Part shown: piece after piece, positions 34,495 to 36,163 of the stretch
Numbering within the stretch: position 1 is the stretch's first letter
Layout: every line of letters begins with the position of its first letter
Origin: an uncultured Clostridia bacterium
GTDB taxonomy: Bacteria > Bacillota > Clostridia > UBA1381
DNA: 36,163 nt
NCBI GenBank assembly: GCA_944391255.1
Contig: CALXSW010000205.1
Span: 1 to 36,163 of the forward strand
Direction: 5' to 3'
Notes under the pieces: model-generated
What the model saw: the letters and a program-made list of their open reading frames with translations, nothing else
What the model was told of the DNA's origin: nothing
Databases searched by the model: none
Position numbers and translations under genes: made by a program

Positions 34495-36163
34495 ATGACT
34501 AATTGGAAAAAGAAAGCAATACTTGTTCTGACTATGGGTATGGCTGCCACAGCTTTAGCAGGCTGCGGAACAGAGTCAAAACCTATAGGCAGAGATACGA
34601 CAGAGCCGACTATTCAGGTAATGACAATGGCTCAGAAGGCATCACCAGCCGACCAGACATCTCCTGTTCTTCAGGAAGCGCAGAAGGTGCTCGGTGAAAA
34701 AATGTCTGAAAAATATGGAAAGCAGTATGACAAGATAAACCTTGACATACAGTGGGTCGCATCAACAGCATATGATGAAAAGGTAACTGCAGCCATGGGT
34801 GCTAACGAGTATCCTCATGTAATGCTTGTTTCAACAAGAAACTCGTCAGTTATTCAGAACTCAAAGGCTGGCACATTCTGGGATATATCAGACGTATTTG
34901 ACAAGACTGATCCTAAGTATGTGACTGAGGAAAACCCGGAGGGTTATGTATATCCGCATCTGCATAATGCAAACCCGACTATCAACAGAAATATTTCTGT
35001 TGATGGTAAGATCTATGGCTTGTACAGAGCGAGAACTATAGGACGTCAGGGTGTTACTATTCGTAAGGACTGGCTTGACAATTTAGGACTCAGCCAGCCA
35101 ACGACTATAGATGAGTTTGAAAACGTTCTTCGCGCATTCACAGAGGATGATCCTGACGGCAACGGTCAGAAGGATACATACGGCATGATAGTAACTACAT
35201 ATCTTGACGGACCTTTGAACAACCTTGCGATCTGGGAAGGCTCACCTAATGAATGGGGTTACGACGAGGAAACAGGCGAATGGAAGCCTTGGTTCATGTC
35301 AGAAGGCTATTTTGAAGCTATGTGCGACATGAGAGACTGGTATGCTGCCGGTTATATCAATACAAACATGGCTACATTGGATTCAAACAGCTGGGATAAC
35401 GACTTCCTTAACGGTGTAGGCGGCGTGCAGGTCGACGTTGCTGACCGTGCAAGACGTAACGCTACAAACATTCTTAAGAACTTCCCTGATGCTGAAGTAG
35501 ACGTATTCGGATATGTAAAGAAGGATGAGAACGCGGAACCGGCTGTATGGCCTACAACAGGTTATAACGGATACTATGTATTCCCTGTTCAGACAACACC
35601 TGATACTGAGGATCTCGACTTTATCCTGTCAGTTCTTGATGCATGTAATGCTACTGAGCTCACAGATATGTTTAACAATGGTCTTGAAGGCAGACATTAT
35701 ACAATAGATGACGAGGGATACATTGTAAAGAAGGTAGAGGGCGATCCTGATGAAAACGGTGTACCGCTTGATGAGGCTACATTGAATTCACTCACAAACG
35801 AATATGCTGACCTTAACCAGTTCTCAATGGGTCTTGACTCAACTCAGGGTTCAGACGCTCGTTTTGCTAACAAGACAGCAGAAAAGGTTGAAGAAGTATA
35901 TGAGGATAATGAAAACTGGGCTATAAGTAATCCTATGGCTCCTTACACATCAGATACATATTCGATTTCAGGTACACAGCTTGACGCTATCATAGCTGAG
36001 GCTAAGACGAACTTTATCGTTGGTAAGATCGATGAAGAAGGTTGGAAAGAAGCTATTGAGCAGTGGGTAAAGATGGACGGCGACCTTGTATGTAAGGATT
36101 ATAAAGACGCGTATGAGGCAGACGAGTCAAACCATGATGAAAACGGAAATATTATAATTCCTG
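34495..36163 (+). CDS. large extracellular sugar-binding lipoprotein (LplA-like), 3'-truncated by the window edge
   Basis: ATG 34495 follows AGGAGGA. Lipoprotein signal MTNWKKKAILVLTMGMAATALAG|C. I translated the frame by hand and found no stop up to position 36163 (about 556 codons). It is absent from the ORF track because no stop is reached. Confidence 0.85.
   Translation, partial: MTNWKKKAILVLTMGMAATALAGCGTESKPIGRDTTEPTIQVMTMAQKASPADQTSPVLQEAQKVLGEKMSEKYGKQYDKINLDIQWVASTAYDEKVTAAMGANEYPHVMLVSTRNSSVIQNSKAGTFWDISDVFDKTDPKYVTEENPEGYVYPHLHNANPTINRNISVDGKIYGLYRARTIGRQGVTIRKDWLDNLGLSQPTTIDEFENVLRAFTEDDPDGNGQKDTYGMIVTTYLDGPLNNLAIWEGSPNEWGYDEETGEWKPWFMSEGYFEAMCDMRDWYAAGYINTNMATLDSNSWDNDFLNGVGGVQVDVADRARRNATNILKNFPDAEVDVFGYVKKDENAEPAVWPTTGYNGYYVFPVQTTPDTEDLDFILSVLDACNATELTDMFNNGLEGRHYTIDDEGYIVKKVEGDPDENGVPLDEATLNSLTNEYADLNQFSMGLDSTQGSDARFANKTAEKVEEVYEDNENWAISNPMAPYTSDTYSISGTQLDAIIAEAKTNFIVGKIDEEGWKEAIEQWVKMDGDLVCKDYKDAYEADESNHDENGNIIIP

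Noticed and set aside
34503-34697. 64-aa ORF listed in the track at the start of the last gene
   Set aside because: It is out of frame with the much longer, RBS-preceded lipoprotein ORF starting at 34495, which stays open to the window end.
1-36163. Scan for CRISPR arrays, tRNA/rRNA genes, IS or transposase ends, integrases, phage genes, toxin-antitoxin pairs or known defence genes
   Set aside because: None were seen. Gene content and composition are uniform and housekeeping-like, so I do not claim a mobile or defence island here.

Overview
This window looks like a core, housekeeping chromosomal segment from a moderately AT-rich Firmicute. It resembles Clostridia: it has a HydCBA-type [FeFe] hydrogenase, copper-amine-oxidase-N (CAO-N) 'stalk' domains on secreted proteins, a GerMN protein and an Lpl-type sugar ABC transporter. 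I call 34 protein genes, two of them truncated by the window edges. They are alaS; hydC-hydB-hydA; a HIT protein; a secreted nuclease convergent with an L,D-transpeptidase; a DUF1292 gene and ruvX; a DagK-type lipid kinase; a small export protein followed by hisS and aspS; a GldA/F/G-like ABC module with a DUF4340 gene; an esterase; tal/fsa; a TSCPD protein; a GerMN lipoprotein; an inositol monophosphatase; tyrS; a HAD hydrolase; hom-thrB-lysC; rlmB; the UPF0237/UPF0210 pair; and lplB/C/A-like genes. The last of these is missing from the ORF track because it runs off the right edge. Several ORF-track starts are over-extended, and I re-set them to ATGs that have Shine-Dalgarno sites. I see no rRNA or tRNA genes, CRISPR arrays, transposases, integrases, phage genes or recognisable defence genes. 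I cannot support a novel multi-gene protein system here. The most interesting unexplained signals are non-coding. (1) A roughly 225-nt GC-enriched structured RNA candidate lies on the minus strand at 10589-10814. It has its own sigmaA-type promoter, a roughly 36-nt rod-like closing helix and a U8 tail, and I could not assign it to a family (possibly 6S-like). (2) A roughly 120-nt promoter-to-terminator unit lies on the minus strand at 21612-21733 with no ORF. (3) An orphan terminator-like hairpin sits in the tal/TSCPD divergent region. Secondary points are conserved modules of unknown function and the absence of T-box leaders on four aminoacyl-tRNA synthetase genes. Every family call comes from reading motifs in the translations. 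No database search was run.
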